Shown in pieces: positions 12,865 to 26,108 of a stretch of DNA of 64,000 nucleotides. Both the position numbers and the translations under genes were made by a program. Where the stretch lies: positions 29,140,001 to 29,204,000 of the forward strand of contig NC_047031.1 of the NCBI RefSeq assembly GCF_902652985.1. The letters are read 5' to 3'. Source of the DNA: Pecten maximus. Taxonomy: Eukaryota. Every line of letters starts with the position of its first letter. Positions within the stretch are counted from its first letter, which is position 1. The notes under the pieces were generated by a model that saw only the letters and a list, made by a program, of their open reading frames with translations, was not told the origin of the DNA and did not search any database.

Positions 12865-13445
12865 CATTTGATATAACACAATACGTTAAAACTTTAAATG
12901 GCTCTCAGATAATTTGAATTGTTGCCAGCTATTTATTCATGGCATTCTTGCTCATTGTGTAATTCGAAGTAATCTATTGTATATTAGTATGTCTAAATAT
13001 GGTCGAGGGAAGTTTCTGTCACGTGTAAGTCATGTCTCGTTAGTGTGCGTTTCTAAATTATGTTGTAGTGAATAACATGTTTTGATGTTGCTAACCAACC
13101 AGGTATATATATATATATATATATTTAATGCTAGATTTTAAAAGTGTAGACCTAAAGGATAGACAATAACTTGGATTAATTTCCACTGAACATACTCAGA
13201 CATACTCTAAGAAAGATAAGGTAGGCTATTTATTAATTGATGTTTTGTACTTGATTAATGCTGATTGATGCGTTCAACCGTTTATTACAATCCTAGTTAG
13301 AAACAGACGGGTTGTATCAACGTTTGGGTAATCGATGAACCTTTACATATGTATACATATTTGTAATTATGGGTCAAACAAGTAATATTAACGGTGATAA
13401 TCCGGATAACACTGGATCTTTGCAAAGGTATTATCTAACAGAATG
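12865..13445 (+). pseudogene. Truncated paralogous 5' end (promoter, UTR exon, intron, acceptor+ATG) of the micro-exon repeat gene
   Basis: Patchy colinear similarity to 29445-29810, 30530-30580 and 38098-38120; ends aaaggtattatctaacag|aatg versus aaaggcattttattttcag|aatg; absent from duplication copy 2. Confidence 0.55.
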
Positions 13446-13990
13446 AAATATTGAAAAAAACTGGACTTTATTCAAAATACCCTGAAAGCATTAAAGATGT
13501 AAAATTCAATTTTTTTCTAAATGCTCATGGATTTAAAAAAAATTAGGGACAGCGAAAGGAAGGCTATATATATGGTCAATTATCTTTTTTACAAAAACAA
13601 GGTATCATAAGTAATTCAACAGGAAATAAACTCAGACAATTCTTTAAGAACTGCAGATCCATCACTCTTCTTAACATTATTTATAAATTAGCTTCTGCAT
13701 GTATTGCAAAATGATTAAAAACAGTTCTAGACTCCATAATCTCCATAACACAAATAGGATTTATAGAGGAAGATGCATAGGAGAAAATAAAAGGTTTATC
13801 TATGATAATAATGAACTGTACATAACAAAATGAAGTCTTTGAAAAAAGCATTTTTTTATATAAAAATATTAAATTCATTTTGCTTGGTATCAATTTTTCT
13901 ATCAATTTGGAAGACATGGTTGCTTTAAATTTCGACAAACTTTTGTCTGTTACAGATATGAAGCTACTTAAAATTAGCACATATAAGTAG
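13446..13990 (+). mobile_element. L1/Tx1-type RT remnant (second copy ~23820-24258)
   Basis: YGQLSFLQKQGII...KNCRSITLLN...YKLASACIAK-LKTVLD, resembling the Tx1 ORF2 at 44-45 kb. Confidence 0.55.
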
Positions 13991-14641
13991 AACAACAGTT
14001 CTTAAATATTTAGATTATATGATTATATATGTACATACATGCCATTTCCAAGAATACATCTGCATATGTCCCTCATTCATATCCCGAAGTCATTTTTTTC
14101 TGCATTTCTTTTGTCCTATTATTATTATCTTCATCATGAACTTCTATTCGCATTCAATTCCGCTGCAACACCCACGTGCATGCAATCTGCCGGTTTGTTA
14201 TGATCGGCGTGCTTACTCTTATACCCAATTATCATTTTATTTAAAATGTATTTTATCTCCTTATCTTAAAATCTGTATGTATATCATTACTTTTTATGAT
14301 GAACCGATTTCAGAAAGCAAAGTACATGTGTACATACACATCTGGGTCTTACACTTAGTGACGATGCTAAAGAGAGCCAACAGCATATATAGAATTTATG
14401 GAAAAGCATTTAAAAGAATAAATTCTTAAGATTATTAAAAAAACAAAGTTGATAGAAAGAAAATCTCTATTATATATTAATCCTACATAGACCAAATAAT
14501 GAATATGCAGATGTTGTGTGGGACAATTGTATACTAGCTCAAATAATCTATTAGGAACACCACATGATAAATTATACAAAGAATTAGAATGGGAAACTTT
14601 AAGTTGCAGAAGAAAAAATCACAAACTTATCACGATGTAAT

Positions 14642-14803
14642 TAAGGATTAAACTGTCTTTTTTTTGGTGTCTATGGTCGATATAGATGCCAGAGCTTTGC
14701 AAACAAACGTCATATTGTGCGCTAGCACAATATGACATGTTTGTTTGCAAAACTCTGGCATCTATATCGGCCATAGACACCAAAAAAGACAGTTTAATGC
14801 TTA
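14642..14803. repeat. ~80-bp-arm hairpin, probable 5' end of another palindromic non-autonomous element
   Basis: taaggattaaactgtctttt...catattgtgc|gcta|gcacaatatgac...aaaagacagtttaatgctta. Confidence 0.8.
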
Positions 14804-16246
14804 TATTTACATTCTCGACATATTCGTTTTCTTATATTTGAAAATTAGATTGAGTTAGCATAAAAAGTGCAAATATTCAGCGATTTCGTCAATGCGGTTC
14901 GACAAATAGAACAGCCTATTTTTTCAAAAATCATTTGTCACGTGCAGATTGGCAAACAAAAAAGTGCAGTCTGTTCAAGTTATTTTTATTATTTGTGTAA
15001 CAATATTGTATAAAATGTCTTTTTGATACTTTTTTATTAACATAAAAAACGATTTACGTTAGTTACAAGTACTTCCAGTGGGTGAATATATTCATGCGCG
15101 GCATGGATTGATGTCACGTTTCAGATTTTAGTAGCATTCAGTCTACATCACAGCTTTAAAGGCTACTAAATAAAAGTCAATATATAAAGTCTGAATCAAC
15201 TGATGTTTTCAAATTTTGAATTACGATATATTATCACATATATCAAGCTATATATTGCAATCAAATAGATTTCATTAATGTTAACAATTATTCTTAATTA
15301 AACAATAGTTATTTGTTTTACATTGCTATATACATATATATATTTCCATAAATTCTTGATTAAATCATGCTATCTACTGAGTCATCCCCCTGATGTACCT
15401 ACTTTAATGATATGCATTGTAGCAGTACACAGTATACCTGGATTATTCATTTGGTAGATAATTACATTATTCAACATTGGGGTAAATTACATTTACTTAT
15501 AACACTTGTTTAATACCTACAGGATGGAATTGGCTTTGGGCAGTTTTGATACTTTTTATTAATATCCTCCTCTCTTTGATGATATAACCATCAATATGAA
15601 GTAACTCCTTTCATCTGTCCCGAATTGTCAGGATGACCTATATTCATTGTGCTTTGTCTGTGGTCCATCGCCATGCGTTGAGTTTCTTCTCAAGTTCTGT
15701 GGGATTCAGCTCTAACTTACCGGCAATGATCCAGAGATAGTCTTCTCCAGTTCCACTGGGGCCATTTAGCTGGAAATAGGTGAGGATGATAAGCCAGAGG
15801 AGTCAACAACTTGTTATTTTTAAGCCTCATAAAAACTTTGACATGATGTAGTCATTTTGTACACGCAATCATGATTTTCCTCCACAAGATCTAGTTTAAT
15901 CTTCTCTATTTCCACCAGCGAGACTCAGCTCTACTTAATGATCCTGAGATAGTCCTGACTTATTATTTTTATTTTTTGGGTCGGCCCGAAATCCAAGATG
16001 GCCACCATTTTAACTTCTCCATTTCCATTGGTGCCATTGGCGGATTTAAGAGGGGCGCACGCCCCCAACATAAAATTGTATGAATCTATCGTGAAATACA
16101 ATAGAATGACAGATTTTGTATTTACAAAGTGTACAAGCTAAAATTTTTACCGAGGGAGTACCCCTGGACCACCCGTAATTTGGCGCGCCCCTTCCTAACT
16201 GAATATCCTGTATCCGTCCCTGGATGTATTGTATAGAAGAATCTCT

Positions 16247-17076
16247 TGATGGTGGGCTATTCAAATTGCCTTGCGTCCATGGTCCGTCCGTCCCTCCGTC
16301 TGTAAACAATTCTTGTTATCGCTATTTCTGAGAAAGTACTCCAGGGATCTTTTTCAAATTTCATATGAGGTTGTCCTTAGTCCCTAGTTATGCACATTGC
16401 ATTTTGGGACCGATCGGCAACATGGCCGACAGGCAGCCATCTTGGATTTTGACAATTGAAGTTTGTTATCGCTATTTCTCAGAAAGAACTGAAGGGATCT
16501 TTCTAAAATTTCATATGTATGTTACCCTTGGTATGTTGTTGTGCATATTGCATTTTGGGACCGATCAGGAAACAACATGGCCGACAGGTAGCCATCTTTA
16601 ATTTTGACAATTGAAGTTTGTTATCGCAATTTATGAGAAAGTGCTGAAGAGATCTTTCTCAAATTTCATATGTAGGTTCCCCTTAGTCCCTTATTATGCA
16701 TATTACATTTTCGGACCAGTCGGAAAACAACATGGCCGATAGGCAGACATTTTGGATTTTGACAATTGAAGTTTGTTATCGCTATTTCTCAGAAAGTACT
16801 GAAGAGATCTGTCTCACATTTCATATGTAGGTTCCCCTTGGTCCCTCGTATTGCATTTTGGGACCAATCTGAAAACAACATGACCAACAGTAAGCCATTA
16901 TCGCTAAATCTCAGATTTCATATACAGGTTCCCCTTGTTTTAAAAGTACCGGAAGGATGTTTCTCAAATTACACAGATTAGTAAGAGGAAGAGAAAATAG
17001 AGAGAAGATCAATCTGACATGGAACCTATAAAGATCATTCAATGGTGGGCGCCAAGATCCCTCTGAGATCTCTTGT
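16247..17076 (+). mobile_element. HINE-like element with 4 internal ~155-bp units
   Basis: Same termini as 7754-9360; unit marker at 16420, 16575, 16730, 16878. Confidence 0.8.
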
Positions 17077-19142
17077 TATCTTAATGGATATCATTTAAAA
17101 TTCTTCAATGATCGGGTGTTCAAATCGACCTACGTCCGTGGTCCGTCCATCCATAAATAAACCTTGTAATCGCTGTTTTTTTTAGGTATGTAGTTTCCCT
17201 TTGGTCCCTAATTTTATCCGTTCATTTTCGAGTCTGTCCGGGAAAGCAAAATATATATTCATTACAAGATGCATCTTTGCATCACATTGAGTTGTGCGTG
17301 GTTTTTGTACTCATGTGCAAGGTTTCTTGAAATGTCAAATGTCTCGCTTGACCACTTTTAAATTGAAAAGCTTGTTTATAAATATATAAACCACGCTCAG
17401 CGTATGCAGGCGAGTGTTACCTGCAAATTAAATGAGTTCCTTCATTGTTAATAAAGTGCTATCTGAACAGTCAAAAGCCCACATTTAAATATACACATAT
17501 AAATGTATACACACTGCACATATCGTTAAGTTTGATCGGTTAGGGTTTGTTTGTTGAGTTTATGGCCACGTGACCAGCCAGGGTCATTCTGAGGCTTTGC
17601 CTCCTTGTAGTAGCTGAGACCACTGTCTGGAATATGTATACTGTTTTTGACATGTAATGTTCAGCAAAAGAGGGTTTTTGAATTGATTATAAGAGTACAA
17701 ATCCACTCTTTTCACCCGCAAGTAGGGGTACATTGTATAACATCAGCTGTTTTGATTTCATTAAAAAACGTTTATTATGATTGGTCCTAAATCATATTCC
17801 CTACAAAGTAGACCATATCAGTCCTATGACAACTCAGAAGTCAGAACAAATCCTACAAATAGCGCCAAATACTGAATGACAAAGTGCATCAAAGACAGAT
17901 ACAGCAATGGAAGTATATTTGCCTTTGCAAAATTTGCCATACAATTCTTTTCGTTAATTCTGAAATGACGAGGTAATAATTTGGATTGCAGTGTTTCATA
18001 ATGCGTTGAAAATAAATCTTAGTGTGAGCATTTAAAGTCTACAGTCGTTCTGTTTAAAGTTGTCTTTCCGTTCATTATATGCTTCTAGGTAATTGTATTT
18101 CGATATGTCCAAATATGTTCAAAAGTTCCAATTTTAAAGTTTTGGCTAGTGTCATTACGTGACATTACTGTTTGACCTCAACATATATCGACGTGGTCAT
18201 GACAGGACCATAAGTTTGTCAAAACATTTTTATTTTACTCTGAATATCACCGCATAGTCGATACACTTCCAGCAAGGTAGGTAACATGTTATTTTCTTAT
18301 TCTGATGATAACCCCATCATGACTAAGTTATAAATATCATCTTGATATGGAAAATAATTATCAAGTACAGAGTGGAATCTGATATCACACATAGGAATGT
18401 ACAATAAGCTGAGGAATTTGTCATTATATTACATGTTTACATGTATAGCTAAGAAACAATTATTGAAATGTGGACACGTTTTGACTACCAAAAATCTGAA
18501 ACAAAATCCTTATTGCAAACATTTCATTACGTAGTTTACTTTATATATGAAAACAGTTAAACAGGATCACTCGTGGTGTAATGCATCCGTTTGCAGCGCT
18601 CGCGTTACACATTCCTTTGACTTTTCAGTAATTTATGCGTTCATAAAAAAAGTGAAACAAGAGGCTAAGCTGCCTAAAGGGTCACTTGAATTCTGGTGTG
18701 TACATTGATAGATGTTTTGTTTTTTAACCAGCATTAAACACATCTTAGCCCTGTGACCTTGAAAAGAGGGTCAAGGTAATTTATTAAAAAAAAAATTACC
18801 AGCCCTTCAATCTAGCAAACATTTCATCAAAATATATGCAAGTGTGTGAATGGTATACATTTGCGGCAGTCATGGTTGACTAACGCCGTATTACATACAT
18901 GTATGGTGTGTCTTTGTACATGTACTAGCCACATCTAGCCTTGTTTGTAGGTAGAATGTACATATTTATAACACACTTGTGCATTTATAATTATGGATGG
19001 ATTTAGATGTACCGAGTATTAGTACCTTTAAGAACCACGTCTGATACTTTTATGTACTTTTTTTTTTATCTCTTTGATGATCTTCTACACCATTTATTTT
19101 GCTTTGCTTTGGTATAATTTTGTCTTTGTTTCCTTTTTTTCT

Positions 19143-22057
19143 CTATCCACTGTACCCAGCAGTTTTCTCCCTATTCCTATCTATAACACGCCTTCACACG
19201 TCTATGCTCGTCATCCTGCGCCAGTAAGTGACAGAAACCACAAACACACTTGATGTGATGGACATACTGCTTTACTGAGCCAAAACCGGATCACGAGTGA
19301 ACATACTAATCAACATTACATCGAACCCGGAAACATACACATATACAGTAGTGGGGCTACCACTTTTCTCCTTTAAAAAAACAAGAAGTCTACAGTGTGA
19401 ACAGACTTATTGATGGAACATAGCTACACATCAATGACGACTCGGTTATCTGACCAAGTGTGTCCACAGTCACTAATACAAAACTCCTAGTAGTACTGTA
19501 TATGGTTGTTAGAACCGTATCAGTTTCACGTGCATCTAATAAATGTTAATTTGATAATGAACACAAATGCTACAGTGCCTAGCTCTAGCTGGTTCACTTG
19601 TACATAATAAAGTCATCATCCTGGAATGTTAGCATCGGTATGCTGTTGTTATCATCATTCGGTATAGGATCACAAGAATAATCACTGGTTGGTATAGGTT
19701 CCTGAGAGGGCACAGAGATCACCTTTGGGATGGCTGGGATTTGAGGCGTACAAGCTTCCTTTGGAAGGACCGTCGATTCCTCCTCGTCATCAGTAGACCC
19801 GTCTGGTAGTGAGAAGCTCAACAGAGAATTGTCTGTACTTGAATTGGCCACTTTGTAACAGTCAGTACATTTTACTCGATAAGAGGCTTACCGCAACTGG
19901 TTGCCAACAAACTTCTGAATGTTGCACCAGGCTCCCTCCACTTTAAGATAATGGTCTCGCGCCCTTGTTTTGTGCCTGACAGAATAGAGTTACACTAGAT
20001 CGCCAACCTGGATCGTAGAAAACTTAATCCTGATGGGGTTTTATAATTCTCGCTGAAAAGCATGGTTGCTCTGACGGGTGTTGTGTTGCTCCAGGATAAG
20101 CGTTTGATCATCCAGTGGGATCTGTTGATTAAGAAACTGATCACGGTGAGACCAACCACATTTCTCTTAATGAAATACCACGCTTACGGATTCGAGTATT
20201 GACACGGGCAGTGGCCAAGGAAAGAAGTAATGATGTTACTGCGCGGCATGATGGTTCTTGGCGTAGAATCTCATATTCTAACCCCTGAATGGCTTTCTGC
20301 TACTGGGTTCTTGTTGATGTTCTTTGGGTTACCAAATTCAATTGTCAAGCGATATTTTGTAATGAGGTCATCCCTACTAGAGCTTTGAACCCTGGTGCGG
20401 CGTCAGTTCGAATGACGGCGAAGGGGCCGTCTAATGGACAGAGAGGAATGTACAAACGGTGAAGTCCTTCCCTGAGTGAGTCTCGACATTCATCTTTAAG
20501 GAACAGGGTTGAGATATATGATGTTACGCATTCTCGTTCAAGGAGTGTGAGTTGACGTTCACATTTGATGACATCAGCAGCAAACTGATTGCCCACTGTT
20601 ACAGTGGGACCTGTTATACTCTGGGCTGTCAAGAATGAAGGGGTTTTCCTCAGGGACGTACACTAGTGACAACTGTCGGTGACTCAGTGGATTGCACTGT
20701 CCATGTATTAAGCATAACAAATATCTCTCGAACACGGATCTGAGTTGATGATTACTGGGGTGTCCTAGTTTAATGTGACGAGCTGTAAGTAGGCCATCAA
20801 GAATCAACAGGTGGTCCTGAGAACGGGGCAGTGTGATAGTACGGTTTGATAACAATGCTTCTGCGCTTTTGTGAAAGCACCGATCAATCCATCCGACCAC
20901 TTAATATTGTCCTTTTACTCGCGTCCCGCAGCTGCATCATCGAGGGGTGAAATAAAATTTGGGCAACATTTTAAGACTCTTGCCAATACTTTGTAAGCGC
21001 CGATAAAAGACTGGAGTTCAGAAACATTCGAAGGCATCTGGCATGTGGAAACGGTAGATTTCCGATGGGGGCTTGCCCGGATCGTTCCAAGAGACCATAT
21101 CCATCCAAATATTGACGTTTGCTTGGGAGTACAATCACACGGCTGTCCAGTTATCTAATAGCTCCTCTAAGGTGTTACCACCACAATATTCACAATATAC
21201 GTCTGTGACTTTAGCAACAAACCCCTTTTCCACAAGTACTCGGCATGTAAGCTTTTTCAATGGCAGTTTCTGAACCCAGCATGCCCATAGCACATCTTGC
21301 GTAAACTCGGACGCCCTTGAATGGTATGACTACCCCACATTACTTCATTGAATCCAGCGACAATAGAATCTGATAAAATGCCTTTGTGAGGGGGTAGAAC
21401 GGGCCCCATGTTTACTTGTGCCTGGAATCCGCCCACAACACCTTTGTACACTGACAATGTTGGGTTGAACACGTTATCGAACTCTACATGAACAGTCTTA
21501 AATTGAGCCTTTATTTCGCATGGCATGATGTTGTCAGGATCGAGACTAACAAGATCTGAATAATGAGTTGTTGTTGAATGTTTGGATGTGTTGGGCGATA
21601 CAGGAAGGTCGCTTGAAGTTGTTTTGTCAGGAAGGAATGTAATGCGGACAACACAGAAGTGCTCGTTTTTCTTCACCAGTTGATATTCTCTTGTGAGATT
21701 AGGAATGCGGATCTTGCCAGAGATACTAGACATGATGGATGGTTGGGGCCAAATAGATTTCCCCATGTTGATTGACTCATGTAGTTCTAACGCTAACTTT
21801 GTTCCAAAGCCCTCGGGAAGTTCCACTTCAAAGTACTCTCCTGGCCAGGTAGTCGAACAAGATGTGGCTCGTAATACTTGTCGTTCAGCATGTCTGTCCA
21901 TTGATGAGGGTGGAGAACTGTAGGAGTATGATGATTTACCTCCACGAGTTACCCCTGTCTTTTGGCAGGACGGATAGGACATTGTTCGCCTCCATAAATG
22001 GAATACCTGCTAGAATATCCGAGTCTAAATTCTCGACAACTAAGCCCTCTATACACT
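19143..22057 (-). mobile_element. Decayed Ty3/Gypsy (protease end, fragmentary RT/RNaseH, integrase, 3' end)
   Basis: LVVENLDSDILAGIPFMEAN (protease C-terminal half), ORF 21257-21982, ARHIKLGHPS (integrase Zn motif), RTDAAPGF. Confidence 0.8.
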
Positions 22058-22108
22058 AACAAAGCCTCTGGTCCTAATGGAATTAGTCATATGATGTTGA
22101 AAATAATA

Positions 22109-23199
22109 CTGTAAATCACTTATATTTCGCGAGTACTTAATTTCGCGAACTCACCTAATTTGACTTATTCGCGAATACATAATTTCGCGCATTCCGATCT
22201 CAAAATGACTTTAAATTCGCGAATAACGTTAACAGATCGGAGATATGTCCATGTTGGTAGCCATCATGTGATATCGGTGTTTGGTCATACTGAATTGTAT
22301 TTACCGTACCTGTATACGCCTCTCGGCTATAAACAAGTGGAGTAAACAACAGAAATGTGGTGTTCAACGTGCGTTTATATTTGGAGGGTGAAATGAGTTG
22401 TTTTCAATATAAATAAAGCTTTCATGCCCGTTCATATGTAGTTAGTCTGGATTATTTCACCGACATGACCACGCTTACAAAGGCGGTGTCAGACATTAAA
22501 CAAAACCCACGGCTCATTAAGAATGCCTGGGAGATGACGGGACTACAATAGGTTGTGAGTAATTAACGTACATTTGTACATTGTAATTAACGTACGTGTG
22601 TATACAGTGATACCGCTGAACAGTTCTCGGGACAGTCTATTTCGAATAATATATACTCCAGGCGATTATTTGTTCTGAATGTTTGAATTAAATAAATAAT
22701 TTGTTTGATTTGAACTTTGTTATGGTAAATATCATTTCGAGAATAAAGCGATGTGAAGTGCTATATATACATATTACATGTAACCTTACATAACTTACAA
22801 CAGCGTGGGTAATAAAGTACGACGTATTCCGGATGACCATCCGGGATCCTCGGGACCGTACCTAATTAACTACATGTAAAACGTCGTCAAGAAGTTAATT
22901 AAGTCCGAGTTCAACCACAATATTAGTGTTCAGTGGGGTTTTGTGTGTGTGAAATTTTGGTGTTTTGTGATATAAAATTACACTCTGATCTACATGTAAG
23001 TATATAATCTATCATTCTATTATTACTTTAATGGCGATGTCTGTTCACCTACTAAAGATTACGATCAATTCAAAATGGACGCCAATTATTCTTGTCATTT
23101 TTATATAAATATTCGCGAGGGATTTGAATAATTAGCGTTTGACTCTCCTCGCGAATTAACGCGAAAATAAATCCCACGCGAAATATAAGTGATTTACAG
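22109..23199 (+). mobile_element. 1091-bp Tc1/mariner-pogo-type non-autonomous DNA transposon
   Basis: Perfect 23-bp TIR ctgtaaatcacttatatttcgcg; TA TSD at 22107-22108 and 23200-23201; empty site in copy 1 at ~12279 (gaaaataata|acctagaaaa). Confidence 0.93.
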
Positions 23200-24257
23200 T
23201 AACCTAGAAAATAACAACACCTCTTACCCTTATACAATGAATACCTACGCATTTCTATATTTCCCGATTTATTGAAGACTCTCATGTCCCATCAATTTAG
23301 AAAAAGGAAAATACGCGATAAAATGCAAATTTTTAGAATGGATATAAAACAACTTAACTAATATATATGCCAATCAGTTGTTCTACTAAATAATATTTCT
23401 TCGCAAGTATGCATCAAAGCTGGAATTCCTCAGGGATCTGGTTTAGGGCCATTGTTTGTCCTTTTCTATATAAACTTTATCTCTAAAACAATTATATATG
23501 TTACAAAACTCTTTGCCGACGACACCGCACCGATATATTCGTCCACATATACTCTACATTTAACATTAATATTTGGTAAACAAATGGCTAATGCCTTTTA
23601 AACCTACTAAAGCGGAAATTCTCTTGATTACAAACACATATATGCATTCTAACCAAGTAGCACATGGAACACATACACTGAAGACATTTTAAACAAAACT
23701 ACAAAATATATAGCAACGATACGAACATTAGAATAATATAAGTAGTATAAGACCACTTTTCGACTACGCATCGAAGGTATGGGATAACTCTAATGCCAAT
23801 TTAACTAAAAAACCCCAGAATGAAATATTGAAAAAATAGGCCTTTATTCAAAACACTCTGAAAACATTAAAGATGTAAACTACAAAGAATTTTCCAAATG
23901 ATCATGGATTTAAAAATACTTAGGGCAGCCAAATGACAAGGAGAGATAGAAGGCTATAGAAACAAGGTATCATAATATGTATCCCAATAGGAGATAAAGT
24001 CAAACAATTCTTAAAGAACTGCAGATCCATCACTCTTAACAGTATTTTAAAATTAGCTTCTGCATGTATTGCAAAAATGATTGATTTCGAAAACACAGAT
24101 AGGATTTATAGAGGAAGATACATAGGAGAAAATAAAAGGTTTATCTATGACAATAATGAACTGTACAGAACAAAATGTAGTCTTTGAAAAAAAATTTGTT
24201 TTTAAAGTATTAAATTCACCTTACTTGGTATCAATTTTTCTATCAGTTCGGAAGACA

Positions 24258-25527
24258 TGGGACCAGTCGGAAAACAACATGGCCTACACTCAGACATCTT
24301 GGATTTTGGCAATTGAAGTTTGTTTTCGCTATTTCTCAGAAAGTACTGAAGAAATCTTTTTTAAATTTCATATGTAGGTTCCTCTTAGTCCCTTATTATG
24401 CATATTACATTTTCAGACCAGTCGGAAAACAACATGGCCGATAGGCAGCCATCTTGGATTTTGACAATTGAAGTTTGTTATCGCTATTTCTCAGAAAGTA
24501 CTGAAGAGATCTTTCTCAAATTTCATATGTAGGTTCCCCCTGGTCCCTCGTATTGCATTTTGGGATCAATCTGAAAACAACATGGCCAAAAGTAATCCAT
24601 TATCGCTAAATCTCAGATTTCATATATAGGTTCCCCTTGTTTGAAAAGTACCGGAAGGATGTTTCTCAATTTACACAGATTAGTAAGAGGAAGGGAAAAA
24701 TAGAGAGAAGATCAATCTGACATGGAACCTATAACGATCATTCAACGGTGGGCGCCAAGATCCCCCTGGGATCTCTTGTTATCTTAATGGATATCATTTA
24801 AAATTCTTCAGATGATCGGGTGTTCAAATCACCCTACGTCCGTGATCCGTCCATCCATAAATAAACCTTGTAATTGCTATTTTTGAGACCTTTGGTCCCT
24901 AATTTTGTCCGTTCAATTTCCACTCTGTCCGGGAAAGCAAAGTAAATATTCATTACAAGATGCATCTGTGCATCACATTGAGTTGTGTGTGGTTTTTGTA
25001 CTCATGTACAAGGTTTCTTGAAATGTCAAATGTCTCGCTTGACCACTTTTACATTAAAAAGCTTGTTTATAAATATATAAACCACGCTCAGCGTATGCAG
25101 GCGATTGTTACCTGCAAAATAATTGAGTTGCTTCATTGTAAATAAAGTGCTATTTGAACAGTCAAAAGCCCACATTTAAATATACACATATAAATGTATA
25201 CACACTGCACATATCGTTAAGTTTGATCGGTTAGGGTTTGTTTGTTGAATTTATGGCCACGTGAACAGCCAGGGTCATTCTGAGGCTTTGTCTCCTTGTA
25301 GTAGCTGATGAGTTATCGTAGCCCTCGACCACTGTCTGGAATATGTATACTGTTTTTGACATGCAATGTTCAGCAAAAGAGCGTTTTTAAATTGATTATA
25401 AGAGTAGAAACCCACTCTTTTCACCCGCAGGTAGAGGTACATTGTATAACATAAGCTGTTTCGATATCATTATAAACGTTTATTATGATTGGCCGTGAAT
25501 CATATTCCCTACAAACTAGACCATATG
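24258..25527 (+). repeat. Partial third copy of the duplicated block (5'-truncated HINE with ~3 units plus downstream flank)
   Basis: Matches 8995-10118 and 16712-17820. Confidence 0.85.
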
Positions 25528-25539
25528 TATACGTCCGTG

Positions 25540-26108
25540 AGAAACAAGGGCCTTAACAGTCACCCGACTTCTGATGTGTACACTGATGGATGTTTTGCGT
25601 TAAACCAGCATCAAACATGTCTCAGCCCTTGACCTTGAAAGCAAATCAGAGTCATACATTTGAAAAAAAATCCACTCAGTAGGCATTCGTCCCAGCACTG
25701 TACTGTTCTAATAACGCGACTCTTGGAGTCTGGTAGTCTGGTAGTCTGGGACTCTGGGACTTGTTATTGAGAAGAAGTAGTTTAAAGATTTTAGTGCATT
25801 CGACCTCTGTGACCTTGAAAGATTTTCAAGGCCATTCATTTGAACAAATTTGCACCCCTTCACCCAAGAATGATAAAGTCCCAATATCATGATCCCCGGC
25901 CTCTTTAATTATTGAAAAGATGTGTAAAAAATGTGTACATGTGACCACGTGACCTTGTAAGTAGGTCAAGGTAATTCACTTCAGCATGTTACTGACCCAT
26001 ATTGAGAAGAAGTCGAAAATGTAAATTGTAAATGACTCTCAACTGACGACGTCGAACAAAAGGCAATAATTAAAGTTCACCTAGGACCTTATCTCAGATG
26101 ATCTAAAA
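25540..26108 (-). mobile_element. Degenerate HINE-like element of another family
   Basis: aacaagggcc...gtcacc start, repeated tgaccttga motifs, ctcagatgatctaaaa end. Confidence 0.5.

Larger units (their letters stand above)
7116..13930 (+). repeat. Segmental duplication, copy 1
   Basis: Colinear and highly similar to 15611-24260, from tcatctgt.ccgaat.gtcaggatgacctat to ggaagacatgg. Confidence 0.9.
15611..24260 (+). repeat. Segmental duplication, copy 2
   Basis: Colinear with 7116-13930; retains segments missing from copy 1 (18304-19143, ~20560-21803, ~21880-21955). Confidence 0.9.
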
